A stretch of 64,000 nucleotides of DNA from Candidatus Multivoradales bacterium (GTDB lineage: Bacteria > Acidobacteriota > Thermoanaerobaculia > Multivoradales > JAHEKO01): contig CBDCVR010000014.1 in NCBI GenBank assembly GCA_965223155.1, forward strand, positions 928,001-992,000, in the 5' to 3' direction. The notes under the pieces were generated by a model. The model did not search any database and had not been told where the DNA came from. It saw nothing but the letters and a program-made list of their open reading frames with translations. The position numbers were made by a program, and so were the translations under genes. Below, piece by piece: positions 9,072-18,181 of this stretch. The stretch's first letter is position 1. Each line of letters begins with the position of its first letter.

Positions 9072-10112
9072 TCATCGAAGCCGGCGGCCGGCTCGGGCGC
9101 GCCCGACGTACGGCGCGGCAAGCTTGGCGACCCGTGCCCAGTGGCGGTCGCCCTCGGACAGGGCGGCGAAGGCCCGCACCGGTTTCCCCGAACGGCAGTT
9201 GGCGGCGCCGTCGCGATAGGCGGCAAGCATGCGCCGAAGCCGCTGCCGCATCTCGTATTGTGGCGCGCCGGCGACGACGGTCGCGCTCATCACATCCAGG
9301 TCTCGGCCGAACTCCAGGCAGGCCCGACCGGCCGCCGCCAGGGAATCTCGAGCGATTTCGATCTCGAGCCGGCGCCGAATGAGCCGGAGCCGGCCGGCCT
9401 CGCGGACGAAGAGCTCGACCCATTGGCGATGGCGCGCGGCAACCGCCGGAGCCACCGGCTCGATGAGGATTCCAGGCCGCTTCGCGACCCGACCGAAAGC
9501 GACCGGACGCGGTTTGGGATCCCTCCGAGCCCGCCGCCCGGGTACCTGAGGTACAGGCGCTCCGACACCTCGCGAACCGTTCCTCTCGGCGGACTCCTCC
9601 CCGCGGTCTGCGCCGACGGCGCCCATCGCCGAGGCTCTCGCCGCAGCCGGTCGGCGCGCACCAGCTCCCGGAAAAGGCTCTCCTCGGTTCCGAGCGGCCA
9701 GCGCCGCCACCGCGGCCCCGTCGAGCCGATCCAGATAGGGATGGAGTGCTCGCCGCCTCCCCGAGCCAGACAGGTCCCCTCCGACGCGAACCGGGCTCTC
9801 GGTTCGGCCGGCGACGACCGTTCCGCAGCTCGCCTCGAGCTCGCGGCTCCACGCCTCGATGCGACTCCGTTCGCCATCGAGAGCCCGCCTCTGAGCCAGC
9901 TCGGCGACGATCGTCAAGAGCTCGCCCGCCACTGCCGAACGCGTCGCCAATGCCCCGCGCGGCGCGGCGCCGGCACAGAGCTCGGCGGCCTCCAGCATCA
10001 AGAACTCGACGGTCTCGATCGTCCCGGGTCGATCAAGGGCGCCGAGGCCGGGCAGAAACGGGCGAAACAAGGCCAATCCCAAGACCACCACGGTACTCCA
10101 CAGGGCTCCCAT
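9072..10112 (-). CDS. Hypothetical exported/helical protein
   Basis: 346-aa ORF with a hydrophobic N-terminus and GGAG RBS, filling the gap between flanking genes. No recognisable family. Confidence 0.45.
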   Translation of the reverse strand: MGALWSTVVVLGLALFRPFLPGLGALDRPGTIETVEFLMLEAAELCAGAAPRGALATRSAVAGELLTIVAELAQRRALDGERSRIEAWSRELEASCGTVVAGRTESPVRVGGDLSGSGRRRALHPYLDRLDGAAVAALAARNRGEPFPGAGARRPAAARASAMGAVGADRGEESAERNGSRGVGAPVPQVPGRRARRDPKPRPVAFGRVAKRPGILIEPVAPAVAARHRQWVELFVREAGRLRLIRRRLEIEIARDSLAAAGRACLEFGRDLDVMSATVVAGAPQYEMRQRLRRMLAAYRDGAANCRSGKPVRAFAALSEGDRHWARVAKLAAPYVGRARAGRRLR

Positions 10113-10412
10113 CAGGAGCTCCCGCCAATCTTGGCTAGCGCTCTCTCGGAGGATCTCCGCCTGGCACTCAGGGTCTTGCCGGTCCTAGGATTTTTCTGAT
10201 CCTGGAGAACCTTCAGACCTTTCAGATCCTCTTGATTCTGGTGGCTCGTCATCGGGCTCGTCTCCAATCTCCCTACATGCAGAGACGCGCCGCCACGCCC
10301 GCATCTGACGGCACGGCGGCCGGGTGAGCTTGATTCCCCGCGCGGTTCGCACTAGCCTGCCGCGCGGGACCTCCGCTCGAGGCCGGTTCCCGCTTCCTGC
10401 CCTACTCGGTCC

Positions 10413-11357
10413 ATGCCCTCCTCGCCACCCCGAGTCGCCGCGATCGTTCTCAACTACAACGGTCGCGAGGTCACCCTCGAAGCCCTGGGCAGCCTGGCGA
10501 GGATGACCTATCCGGCCTTCGATCTCATCCACGTGGACAACGGCTCCTCGGACGGCTCGCACGAGGCCGTTGCCAGTGCCTTCCCGGACGTCATCCAGCT
10601 CCGGGTCGAGAACAACACCGGCGCCGCCACCGGCATGAACGTGGGTCTCGAGTACGCCTGCCGCGAGGGCTACGACTACCTGCTGCTTCTCAACAACGAC
10701 ATCGAGGTCGATCCCGACATGCTGACCGAGATGATGCGCGTGGCCGAGCGCGGGGACCAAGTCGGTTGCGTCGGACCCAAGGCCTACTACTACGGCGACC
10801 GTACCCGGATCTGGTCGGCGGGAGGAATCATCCGATTCAAAGAGTCGGTCACGCGCGAGCGCGGCATGCGCCAGATGGATCGCGGCCAATTCGACGAGGA
10901 CCGCGAGGTCGACTACATCAACGGCTGTGCCCTCTTGACCCCCAGGCGCGTAGTCGAGGAGATCGGCGGCTGGGATCCTCTCTTTTTCCTCGCCGCCGAG
11001 GACGCCGACTGGTGCATGCGCATGAAGCGCCAGGGCTACCGCTGCTACTACGCCCACCGCGCCCGCTTGTGGCACATGGTTTCGCACACGGCCGGCGACT
11101 ACGTCCCCAAGCGCACGGTCCATACCGGCCGGGGAGCGGCTCTCTTTGTCAAGCGCTACGCCAACGCCTGGCAGTGGCTGACCTTCGTCGCCTTCATGAG
11201 CGGCTCGTTCGTCTGGGCGTTTCTGCGCGAGCTGCCCAAGGGCAACGCCCTGGCGGTGGTCCGGAAGGCCCAGGGCGTGGTCCGGGGACTGCGCACGCCG
11301 CTGACCGAGCCGCCGGCGATCGACACGAGCCGCGACGCCGCGACCGCCGGCTTATAG
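10413..11357 (+). CDS. Glycosyltransferase family 2
   Basis: IVLNYNG, VDNGSSDGS, LLLNNDIEV, GCALL, EDADWC motifs. Confidence 0.92.
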   Translation: MPSSPPRVAAIVLNYNGREVTLEALGSLARMTYPAFDLIHVDNGSSDGSHEAVASAFPDVIQLRVENNTGAATGMNVGLEYACREGYDYLLLLNNDIEVDPDMLTEMMRVAERGDQVGCVGPKAYYYGDRTRIWSAGGIIRFKESVTRERGMRQMDRGQFDEDREVDYINGCALLTPRRVVEEIGGWDPLFFLAAEDADWCMRMKRQGYRCYYAHRARLWHMVSHTAGDYVPKRTVHTGRGAALFVKRYANAWQWLTFVAFMSGSFVWAFLRELPKGNALAVVRKAQGVVRGLRTPLTEPPAIDTSRDAATAGL

Positions 11358-11495
11358 CCAGCTCGTAGCCGGCGGCCGCCGGGAACCGGGATCCCACCGG
11401 GCTTCCGAGCTACAATCCGGCATCGTGCCGGCACACCGAATCTCGCCACCGTCCGCCTCGCACCGCGACGCCCGGTCCCATCCCCAGCGCGCCCA

Positions 11496-13835
11496 ATGAC
11501 CTTCGAGATCGGCCTGGTTCTGGCGGTCCTGGCTGGCGCCGTCGCCCTCTTCGTGAGCGAGTGGGTACGGGTGGACGTGGTCGCCCTCATCGTCCTCGTC
11601 ACGCTGGCGCTGACCGGCTTGGTAACTCCCTCGGAAGCGCTCTCGGGTTTCAGCAACCCCGCCGTGATCACGGTCTGGGCGGTGTTCATCCTGAGCGGCG
11701 GCCTCGCCCGCACCGGCATCGCTGGCCGCCTCGGCCACCAGGTGCTGAAGATCGCCGGCAAGCGGGAGGTCGCTCTCATCGGCACGATCATGCTGACGGC
11801 CGGCTTCCTGTCAGCCTTCATGAACAACGTAGGGGTCGCGGCCATGATGCTGCCGGTGGTCGTGGACATCGCCAGGCGCACCAAGATTCCGACCTCGAAG
11901 CTGCTGATCCCGCTGGCCTTCAGCTCGCTTCTGGGCGGGCTGACGACCCTTATCGGCACACCCCCGAACATCCTGATTAGCGCCGCGCTGGAAGAGTCCG
12001 GGCGGGAGCCCTTCGCGATGTTCGACTTCACTCCCCTGGGCGCTGCGGTCCTCTTCGTGGGGGTCGCCTTCATGGCCACCATCGGCCGCCGGCTCCTGCC
12101 CGACCGCGACCCGCGGACGCTCTCCGGCGCCACCGAACCGGACAAGGACAAGCTCTACCGCTTACAAGAGCAGGTCTTCATGGTGGAGATTCCAAACAAC
12201 TCGACTCTGGCCGGCCGCAGCCTCGCCGACAGCCGGCTGGGCTCGGCCCTGGCCCTCAACGTGATCGCGATTCAGCGCGCCGATCGAACGCTGCTGGCGC
12301 CCCGGCCGGACACCACGCTCCAGGCCGGAGACCGGCTGCTGGTCGAGGGCGACGCCGAGCAGCTCCACAGTGACGGCGAGATCTTCGCAATCGAGCGGCA
12401 AGCCAGCGCCGCCGACACCCTGCGCTCGAAGGACGTCCACATCGTCAACATCGAGATCCTGCCCGGATCGAGCCTGGCAGGCGAGTCGCTGCGCTCGAGC
12501 AACTTCCGCAACCGCCATGGCGGCATTGTGCTCGCGATCCGGCGCCGCGACGAGGTGGTGCGGCGGGGGCTGGATAGGTGGCCCCTGGACCACGGCGACA
12601 TGCTCCTGGCCCTGGCCTCGACCGAAGAGTTGGACCGTCTCCAGCAAAACGACCACCTGCTGGTCACGCGCCCGGAGGAAACCGAGGACTTTCTTCTGGG
12701 CGACGAGCTCATCGTGGTGCGCGTTCCGCACGGCTCGGCCTTGGCCGGCAAGTCACTCATCGAAAGCCGCCTTGGCGAAGGCTACGGCATCGGCGTCTTG
12801 GGCGTCGTGCGCGGGGAGCAGACCGACCTCTCGCCGCCGCCCAGCTACCGCATCCAGGAAGACGACGGTCTGCTGATCAAAGGTTTGCGCGAGGACCTGG
12901 AAACCGTCCAGGCCCTGCACGGCCTCGAAGCCGGGACGCGCGGAATCGACCTCGACCTGCTCGAGTCCGAGCGCATCGGACTGGCCGAGGTGGTGCTCTC
13001 ACCGCGCTCGACGCTCGCCGGCAAGACCCTGGCCGAGCTTCATTTTCGTGAAAAGTACGGGTTGAACGTGGTGGCGATCTCGCGCGCCGGCGAGATCATC
13101 CGGCGCGGCCTCAAGGACGAGCCGCTCTTTTTTGGCGACGCCTTGCTGCTCCACGGCTCACGAGCCCGTCTCAAGGTCCTCGCCTCCGAGCCCGACTTCC
13201 TGGTCCTCGACGCCGAAGCGGTCGAAGCGGTGGAACCGCGCAAGGCGCCCCTGGCCGCGTTCTTGATGCTGGGCGTAATCATCTCGGTGGTCGTGGGCTG
13301 GCTGCCGATCTACATCGCCGCCGTCACCGGCGCGCTGCTGATGGTGCTGACCGGCTGCCTGACCATGGACGACGCCTACAGCGCGATCGAATGGCGGGCG
13401 GTGTTCTTGATCGCGGGCATGTTGCCCCTGGGAATCGCTCTCCAGAAGACCGGCGCGGCGGAGTTTCTGACCCTCCAGGTCGTGTCCGCGGTCGGCGGCT
13501 ACGGGCCAATGGCGGTGGTCGCCGCGCTTTTCTTGGTCACCGCCTTCGCCGCCCAGGTCATGCCGACCGCCGCGGTCGCGATCCTGATGGCGCCCATCGC
13601 CCTCAATACCGCCAGCGACCTCGGGCTCTCTCCCCAGGCTCTGCTGATGGCGGTCGCACTGTCGGCCTCGGCCAGCTTCATGAGCCCGGTCGCCCATCCC
13701 GCCAACACCCTGATCATGGGGCCCGGCGGCTACCGGTTCGTCGACTACATCAAGGTCGGCCTGCCCCTGACCATCCTGTGCCTGGTGACGGTTCTCTTCT
13801 TGCTGCCGCTGGTCTGGCCCATCGTTCCCCGTTGA
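11496..13835 (+). CDS. SLC13/DASS-type permease with four TrkA-C (RCK_C) domains
   Basis: GFSNPAV, SAFMNN, TLIGTPPN, SFMSPVAHPAN...GGYRF; four repeats of S.LAGKSL..RL...NV.AI.R. Confidence 0.92.
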   Translation: MTFEIGLVLAVLAGAVALFVSEWVRVDVVALIVLVTLALTGLVTPSEALSGFSNPAVITVWAVFILSGGLARTGIAGRLGHQVLKIAGKREVALIGTIMLTAGFLSAFMNNVGVAAMMLPVVVDIARRTKIPTSKLLIPLAFSSLLGGLTTLIGTPPNILISAALEESGREPFAMFDFTPLGAAVLFVGVAFMATIGRRLLPDRDPRTLSGATEPDKDKLYRLQEQVFMVEIPNNSTLAGRSLADSRLGSALALNVIAIQRADRTLLAPRPDTTLQAGDRLLVEGDAEQLHSDGEIFAIERQASAADTLRSKDVHIVNIEILPGSSLAGESLRSSNFRNRHGGIVLAIRRRDEVVRRGLDRWPLDHGDMLLALASTEELDRLQQNDHLLVTRPEETEDFLLGDELIVVRVPHGSALAGKSLIESRLGEGYGIGVLGVVRGEQTDLSPPPSYRIQEDDGLLIKGLREDLETVQALHGLEAGTRGIDLDLLESERIGLAEVVLSPRSTLAGKTLAELHFREKYGLNVVAISRAGEIIRRGLKDEPLFFGDALLLHGSRARLKVLASEPDFLVLDAEAVEAVEPRKAPLAAFLMLGVIISVVVGWLPIYIAAVTGALLMVLTGCLTMDDAYSAIEWRAVFLIAGMLPLGIALQKTGAAEFLTLQVVSAVGGYGPMAVVAALFLVTAFAAQVMPTAAVAILMAPIALNTASDLGLSPQALLMAVALSASASFMSPVAHPANTLIMGPGGYRFVDYIKVGLPLTILCLVTVLFLLPLVWPIVPR

Positions 13836-13861
13836 CAGAGCTCGAAACGAATGGGTATAAC
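13832..13861 (+). promoter_or_regulatory. Possible sigma-70 promoter for the DRR-repeat gene
   Basis: TTGACA (13832) -18 nt- TATAAC (13856), about 90 nt upstream of ATG 13950. Confidence 0.4.
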
Positions 13862-13949
13862 TTTGGAAACGAGTCGGTAGAGCCTTGCCGTCCGGCGGTA
13901 CTCGCCGGCCTTGATCTTGGAAAGAACCCGAAAAAGCCCTGACCTCGAG

Positions 13950-14231
13950 ATGGCGCCCCGCGTCACGGACCGCCGCTGGTGCTCGGACCGGAGGCTGACG
14001 GAGCGTCGGCGCGCGTCGGTGCCGGTGGTCTTCGACCGCCGCCGCCGCGAACGGCGAGTCTCGGAACGGCGAACCGTCTCGGATCGGCGGGGCCGAACCG
14101 TCACCTCCTGGCACCATCGGTGTACCGAGCTGTCGGACTCGACCGCCTGCGGCCAGCCCGCCCTGTTGCGAACCGAAACGGGGTGGCGCTGCGTCTGGCA
14201 CCTCGAGGCGACCGTCCCGGACGCGACTTGA
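13950..14231 (+). CDS. Small DRR/ERR-repeat protein with C-terminal Cys3His motif
   Basis: MAPRVTDRRWCSDRRLTERRRASVPVVFDRRRRERRVSERRTVSDRRG...CTELSDSTACGQPALLRTETGWRCVWH; occupies an otherwise empty gap downstream of a promoter-like sequence. Confidence 0.65.
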   Translation: MAPRVTDRRWCSDRRLTERRRASVPVVFDRRRRERRVSERRTVSDRRGRTVTSWHHRCTELSDSTACGQPALLRTETGWRCVWHLEATVPDAT

Positions 14232-14355
14232 AGGGTCTCGACTTCTCCCAGAGTTCGAGTCAGAAGGACGTAGGTGCTTGAAGATCCAGGCTCGCGACCG
14301 GCCGAACGAAACAGCTTCCAACGATCGCGTCCCGAGTTCCGGACCTTGGCCAGAC

Positions 14356-15000
14356 ATGCGGCATAGCTCGGCCGACGACGGATTCCGCCGGCCGCCCGCT
14401 CCCGCCGCCGGACTCGGACTGGCAGCCCTGCTCATCATTCTGCCGGCGGCCTCGGAACCGGCCGCGGCCACAACGCCGCCCGACGTTCAGATCGCCGCGG
14501 CAGTCGCGGCGGCGCCCGAAGACCGGCGCGCCGGCGCCACCGTCCTCGGCTACTCCGCTTCGGGCGAGTTGGTGCGGCTTCGCGAAGGCGAAAACGAGCT
14601 CATCTGCCTTGCCGACGATCCCACCGACGAGCGCTTCCAGGTGACCTGCTACCACCAGTCCCTGGAGCCCTACATGGCGCGCGGCCGCGAGCTCAAGAAG
14701 CAAGGTGTCGCTTCGGTCGAACGCCTGGCGATCCGGCACCGGGAAGCCGACGCCGGCGAGCTCGCGATGCCGGAGGAGCCCGCGACCCTGTTCAACCTCG
14801 GTGGACCCCTCGACCTGGTCGACTGGGAGACCGGCCAGGTCACCGGCGGACGCCGCGTGTGGTCAATCTACATTCCCTACGCGACCGAAGCCGACACGGG
14901 CCTGCCCACGACTCCCCAGACGCCGGGCGCGCCCTGGATCATGCGGCCGGGAACCGCGTCGGCCCACATCATGGTCGTCCACGCCGGCGCCGGCGGCTGA
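14356..15000 (+). CDS. Conserved secreted hypothetical protein
   Basis: Signal peptide; QIAAAVAAAP..RAGATV, ICLADDP, CYH..LEPYMARGREL, PWIM.PGT..AHIM. GC-rich coding-like codon usage. Confidence 0.75.
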   Translation: MRHSSADDGFRRPPAPAAGLGLAALLIILPAASEPAAATTPPDVQIAAAVAAAPEDRRAGATVLGYSASGELVRLREGENELICLADDPTDERFQVTCYHQSLEPYMARGRELKKQGVASVERLAIRHREADAGELAMPEEPATLFNLGGPLDLVDWETGQVTGGRRVWSIYIPYATEADTGLPTTPQTPGAPWIMRPGTASAHIMVVHAGAGG

Positions 15001-15057
15001 TCGCCGCGAAGTTTCGGGCTCTTCGGAGCAATCGGAGCAGCCGGAACAGCAGCGCCA

Positions 15058-15095
15058 AGAAAAAAGCGGCCCCCCGATTTCTCGGGGAGCCGCTT
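15058..15095 (-). terminator. Rho-independent terminator of the TonB receptor gene
   Basis: AAAAAAGCGGCCCCCCGA-tttc-TCGGGGAGCCGCTT hairpin; the A-run reads as a U-tract on the minus strand, 35 nt past the stop. Confidence 0.75.
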
Positions 15096-15129
15096 GGCGC
15101 TGCTTTGCCGCTAGCGGGCTAGAGGCCGG

Positions 15130-17730
15130 CTAGTTGCCCCAAGACGTCTGGAAGTTGTACTTGAGGCGGGCGTAGTAGAACGCACCGTTGAAACCGAACG
15201 GCGAGAACTGACTGTAAAGATTGCCGACGCCGGAGCGCGCGCCCTGGTTCTCCTCAGGGAAGGTATCGAGCGCGTTCTGCGCTCCCAGGACGAACGTCAC
15301 GTTGTCGTTGAAGTCGTAGGCGGCCTCGAGGTCGAGCACATGCTCGCCACCGTAGACCGCGCCGTCCTCCGAATCGAACCAGCCATCGTAGGAGCTCAGG
15401 CGTCCGAGAATCCTGAAGCCGTTGTCCATCTTGTGGTTGGCGCTCAGGTTCCAACGAGTCTCGGGCAGGGCCTCCTGGAGCTCCCGAATCCGGGTGGCGT
15501 CCAGTGTCGCCGGGTTGAACTTCGTGACCTCTGTGTCCGTGTTGTTGAACAGGAAGCTGAAGCTCGTCTTGCCGTCGAAAGCCGGCGGCGTGTAGGTCGC
15601 TACCACGTCGAAACCGGTGGTCTCGGTGTCGAAGTCGTTGGTGAAGAACCGGAAGTTCTGCAGGTTGGCCGCGCTGGTGATGCCTTCGGCGACCAGAGCG
15701 TCGACCTCGTCCGGGTTGAGCGAGAAAAGCTGGGTCACGGCCAGCCGATCCTCGAGATCGATCTGGAAGTAGTCGATCGTCAAGGTGAACGGACCGTTGT
15801 CGTAGACGAAACCGGCCGCCAGGTTGGTGGACTCCTCAGCCGTCAGCGGCTCACCGCCACGAAGCTGGGCGACTCGCGACGACGACGGGATGGTGCCGTT
15901 GTTGACCAGATCCATCAGCACCAGGTCGAACTCGGTAGACACGTTGAACGCGTTCGACTGGCCGGGCGTCGGAGCGCGGAAGCCGGTCGAGGCGCTGGCC
16001 CGGAGCTGGAACCGGTCGTTGACCTGGTAGCGGCCCGAGAGCTTGCCGTTGGTGGTCGTGCCGAAGTCCTCGAAGTCCTCGAACCGGACCGCCACGCCGT
16101 AGGCCCATTTGCCGTCGCCGCTGTTGCGCTCCAGGTCCCCGTACAGGGCCCAGTTGCTGCGCGCCCAGCTACCCGCGGCGATCGGACCGAAGCCCGGAAA
16201 GCCGTTCGAGGCCGAGCTGAAGCCCTGCGCCGCCAGCGGACCGATCTCCCAGGAAGCCTGGTCGCCGATGCCGATGGTGAACTCCTCTTCACGCCACTCG
16301 AGCCCGCCCGCCACGTTGGTGCGGTCGTTGAGGGCATACGTGACGTCGAAGTTGAAGTTGAGCTCTTCCTGCTCGTAAAGGCCCGGGTCGAACGACGTCG
16401 GCGTGTTCGGACCCAGCGAGGCGTTGACGGTATTGAAAATGAAGTAGTCAGCCTCGTTGGTGCCCTGGCTGACGCTCACGTCCCAACCCAGGCCGGCGTT
16501 GGTCGAGCCGCGCAGGCCCAGGACGATCGAGCTGTCGGTGACGTCGCCACCGAAGTTCGGCGTAAAGCCGCCGGGGAAAAGCTCCTGGAAGGAGAAGCAA
16601 TTGGGGTCATCCAAGACCTGCTGGAGGGCGACGGGATCCGGAACGTCGTTGGTGATCGTGACCACCGGGCAGTTGGCCGAGCCGTCGAGGACGCCGTCCT
16701 GGGCGTCCAGCAGATCGCCGATCAACAGGGTCGCGCCACCGTCACCGCTGAACACGGATCCGCGGGTGTTGGGGTTCCGGAAGTAGAACCCTCCGGTGAC
16801 CTTCTTGGTGCCGTAGTTGGCGTGGCCGTAGAACTGCTTGCCGCTGTCCGTGACCGTGCCGAAGTTGGCCCACAGCTTGACGTCGTCGGCGATCTCGGGC
16901 GAGCCCCAGATCTGCGCCGGAGTGCGGACCGCGGCGTTACCGGCCGCGATCAGCGCGGCGGCGTCGTTTCGTTGGACGCTCCGGTCGGTGGGATCGGCAT
17001 CGGAGACCTCGGCGCTCAAGTTGAAGAAGCCGTTCTGCCCCATGGGGAAGCCGACGTTCGCGGCCACGGACAGCGCGCTGCCGTCACCCTCGGCGTACTC
17101 GCCGGTCTTGACCTCGATCGAGCCGCCCTGGCTGGCGTCCTTCAGCATGAAGTTCATGACGCCGGCGATCGCATCCGATCCGTACTGGGCGGAGGCGCCG
17201 TCCCGCAAGACCTCGACCTGGCGCAGCGCAATTGCCGGAATCATTGCAATGTCCGGTCCCTGCGCACCATCGGCGACACCGTTGCCGAGCCAGTGGATCA
17301 CCGCCGCGCGGTGGCGCCGCTTGCCGTTGACCAGCACCAGAGTGTGGTCGGGCGCCAGATTCCGCAGATTGGCCGGGCGCACGAGCGTTGACGCGTCACT
17401 GATGGGCTGGGTGTTGACGTTGTAGGACGGAGCCACGGTACGCAGCAGATTGCTGACGTCGGTCTCGCCCTGATTCAGAAAGTCCTCATCCGACAGCACG
17501 TCAATCGGCACCATCGACTCGACCACCGAGCGCGGCTGCGCGCGGGTACCGGTCACGACGATGACATCGGAGAACTCTTCGGTTTCCTGAGCTTCCTCGC
17601 CGTCGCCTTCGTCCATCGATTCGGCCATCTCGCCGTCATCCTGGGCAAACGCCTGGGGCGCCACGCCTGCGACGACAAGCACTGCCAGACCCAGGATCAA
17701 CACCAGGTCTCGAAGTCTGTTCATGGTCAC
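15130..17730 (-). CDS. TonB-dependent receptor
   Basis: Signal peptide, TonB box IVVTGTR, plug (TLVLVNGKRRH, VEVLRDGASAQYGSDAIAGV), barrel strands, C-terminal YARLKYNF. Confidence 0.95.
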   Translation of the reverse strand: MTMNRLRDLVLILGLAVLVVAGVAPQAFAQDDGEMAESMDEGDGEEAQETEEFSDVIVVTGTRAQPRSVVESMVPIDVLSDEDFLNQGETDVSNLLRTVAPSYNVNTQPISDASTLVRPANLRNLAPDHTLVLVNGKRRHRAAVIHWLGNGVADGAQGPDIAMIPAIALRQVEVLRDGASAQYGSDAIAGVMNFMLKDASQGGSIEVKTGEYAEGDGSALSVAANVGFPMGQNGFFNLSAEVSDADPTDRSVQRNDAAALIAAGNAAVRTPAQIWGSPEIADDVKLWANFGTVTDSGKQFYGHANYGTKKVTGGFYFRNPNTRGSVFSGDGGATLLIGDLLDAQDGVLDGSANCPVVTITNDVPDPVALQQVLDDPNCFSFQELFPGGFTPNFGGDVTDSSIVLGLRGSTNAGLGWDVSVSQGTNEADYFIFNTVNASLGPNTPTSFDPGLYEQEELNFNFDVTYALNDRTNVAGGLEWREEEFTIGIGDQASWEIGPLAAQGFSSASNGFPGFGPIAAGSWARSNWALYGDLERNSGDGKWAYGVAVRFEDFEDFGTTTNGKLSGRYQVNDRFQLRASASTGFRAPTPGQSNAFNVSTEFDLVLMDLVNNGTIPSSSRVAQLRGGEPLTAEESTNLAAGFVYDNGPFTLTIDYFQIDLEDRLAVTQLFSLNPDEVDALVAEGITSAANLQNFRFFTNDFDTETTGFDVVATYTPPAFDGKTSFSFLFNNTDTEVTKFNPATLDATRIRELQEALPETRWNLSANHKMDNGFRILGRLSSYDGWFDSEDGAVYGGEHVLDLEAAYDFNDNVTFVLGAQNALDTFPEENQGARSGVGNLYSQFSPFGFNGAFYYARLKYNFQTSWGN

Positions 17731-18099
17731 GTTCGTCTCCTTTCGATCTTTCCGGGCCGACCGTGGCGGTCTCAGCCAGCCACGCGTAGTCCGGATGCGA
17801 TTACCAGAATCCTCGACAAATACCCAGAAACACTACCACAAACGCCCATTCCCGCCCGCACTTCCGGCGTCGAATCAACACTGGGAGCGCGGGCCCTTTC
17901 CCGAACACTACGGACCGTTCCGCGGAGAAGTTCCAGGTGGCGCGACGTACCGACCCCGGCCGCCCCGCCAGGGCGAACCGGCTCGGGATGCCATCCCGCT
18001 GGAAAACCGAGGAACCGGATCCGACGTCCCACCTGCGGGGCGGTCCGAGGGTCGGCGTGGCCGGTGCTGGCGACTCGTACCGCGCTGAGTCGCGATTTC

Positions 18100-18118
18100 T
18101 ATTACAATTCTTATTAGC
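18100..18118. promoter_or_regulatory. Putative Fur-like box between divergent TonB receptor and TPR genes
   Basis: AT-rich island whose reverse complement GCTAATAAGAATTGTAATA matches 12/19 positions of GATAATGATAATCATTATC. Confidence 0.4.
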
Positions 18119-18181
18119 ACTCACCACCGGCCGCGGTGCGCTAGCGCACACTGGCCCATTTTCTTCGGCAAGGAGTCCCGC

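Noticed and set aside
13862-13949. Possible c-di-GMP riboswitch in the leader of the DRR-repeat gene
   Set aside because: Only a short hairpin (CCGGCG..CGCCGG) is present; the conserved cores of class I and II riboswitches are not recognisable.
17731-18090. Cobalamin riboswitch upstream of the TonB receptor
   Set aside because: No B12-box or other conserved riboswitch motifs seen on the minus strand.
18114-18140. CIRCE element (TTAGCACTC)
   Set aside because: Only the left half-site is present, with no GAGTGCTAA after 9 nt, and the neighbours are not chaperone genes.
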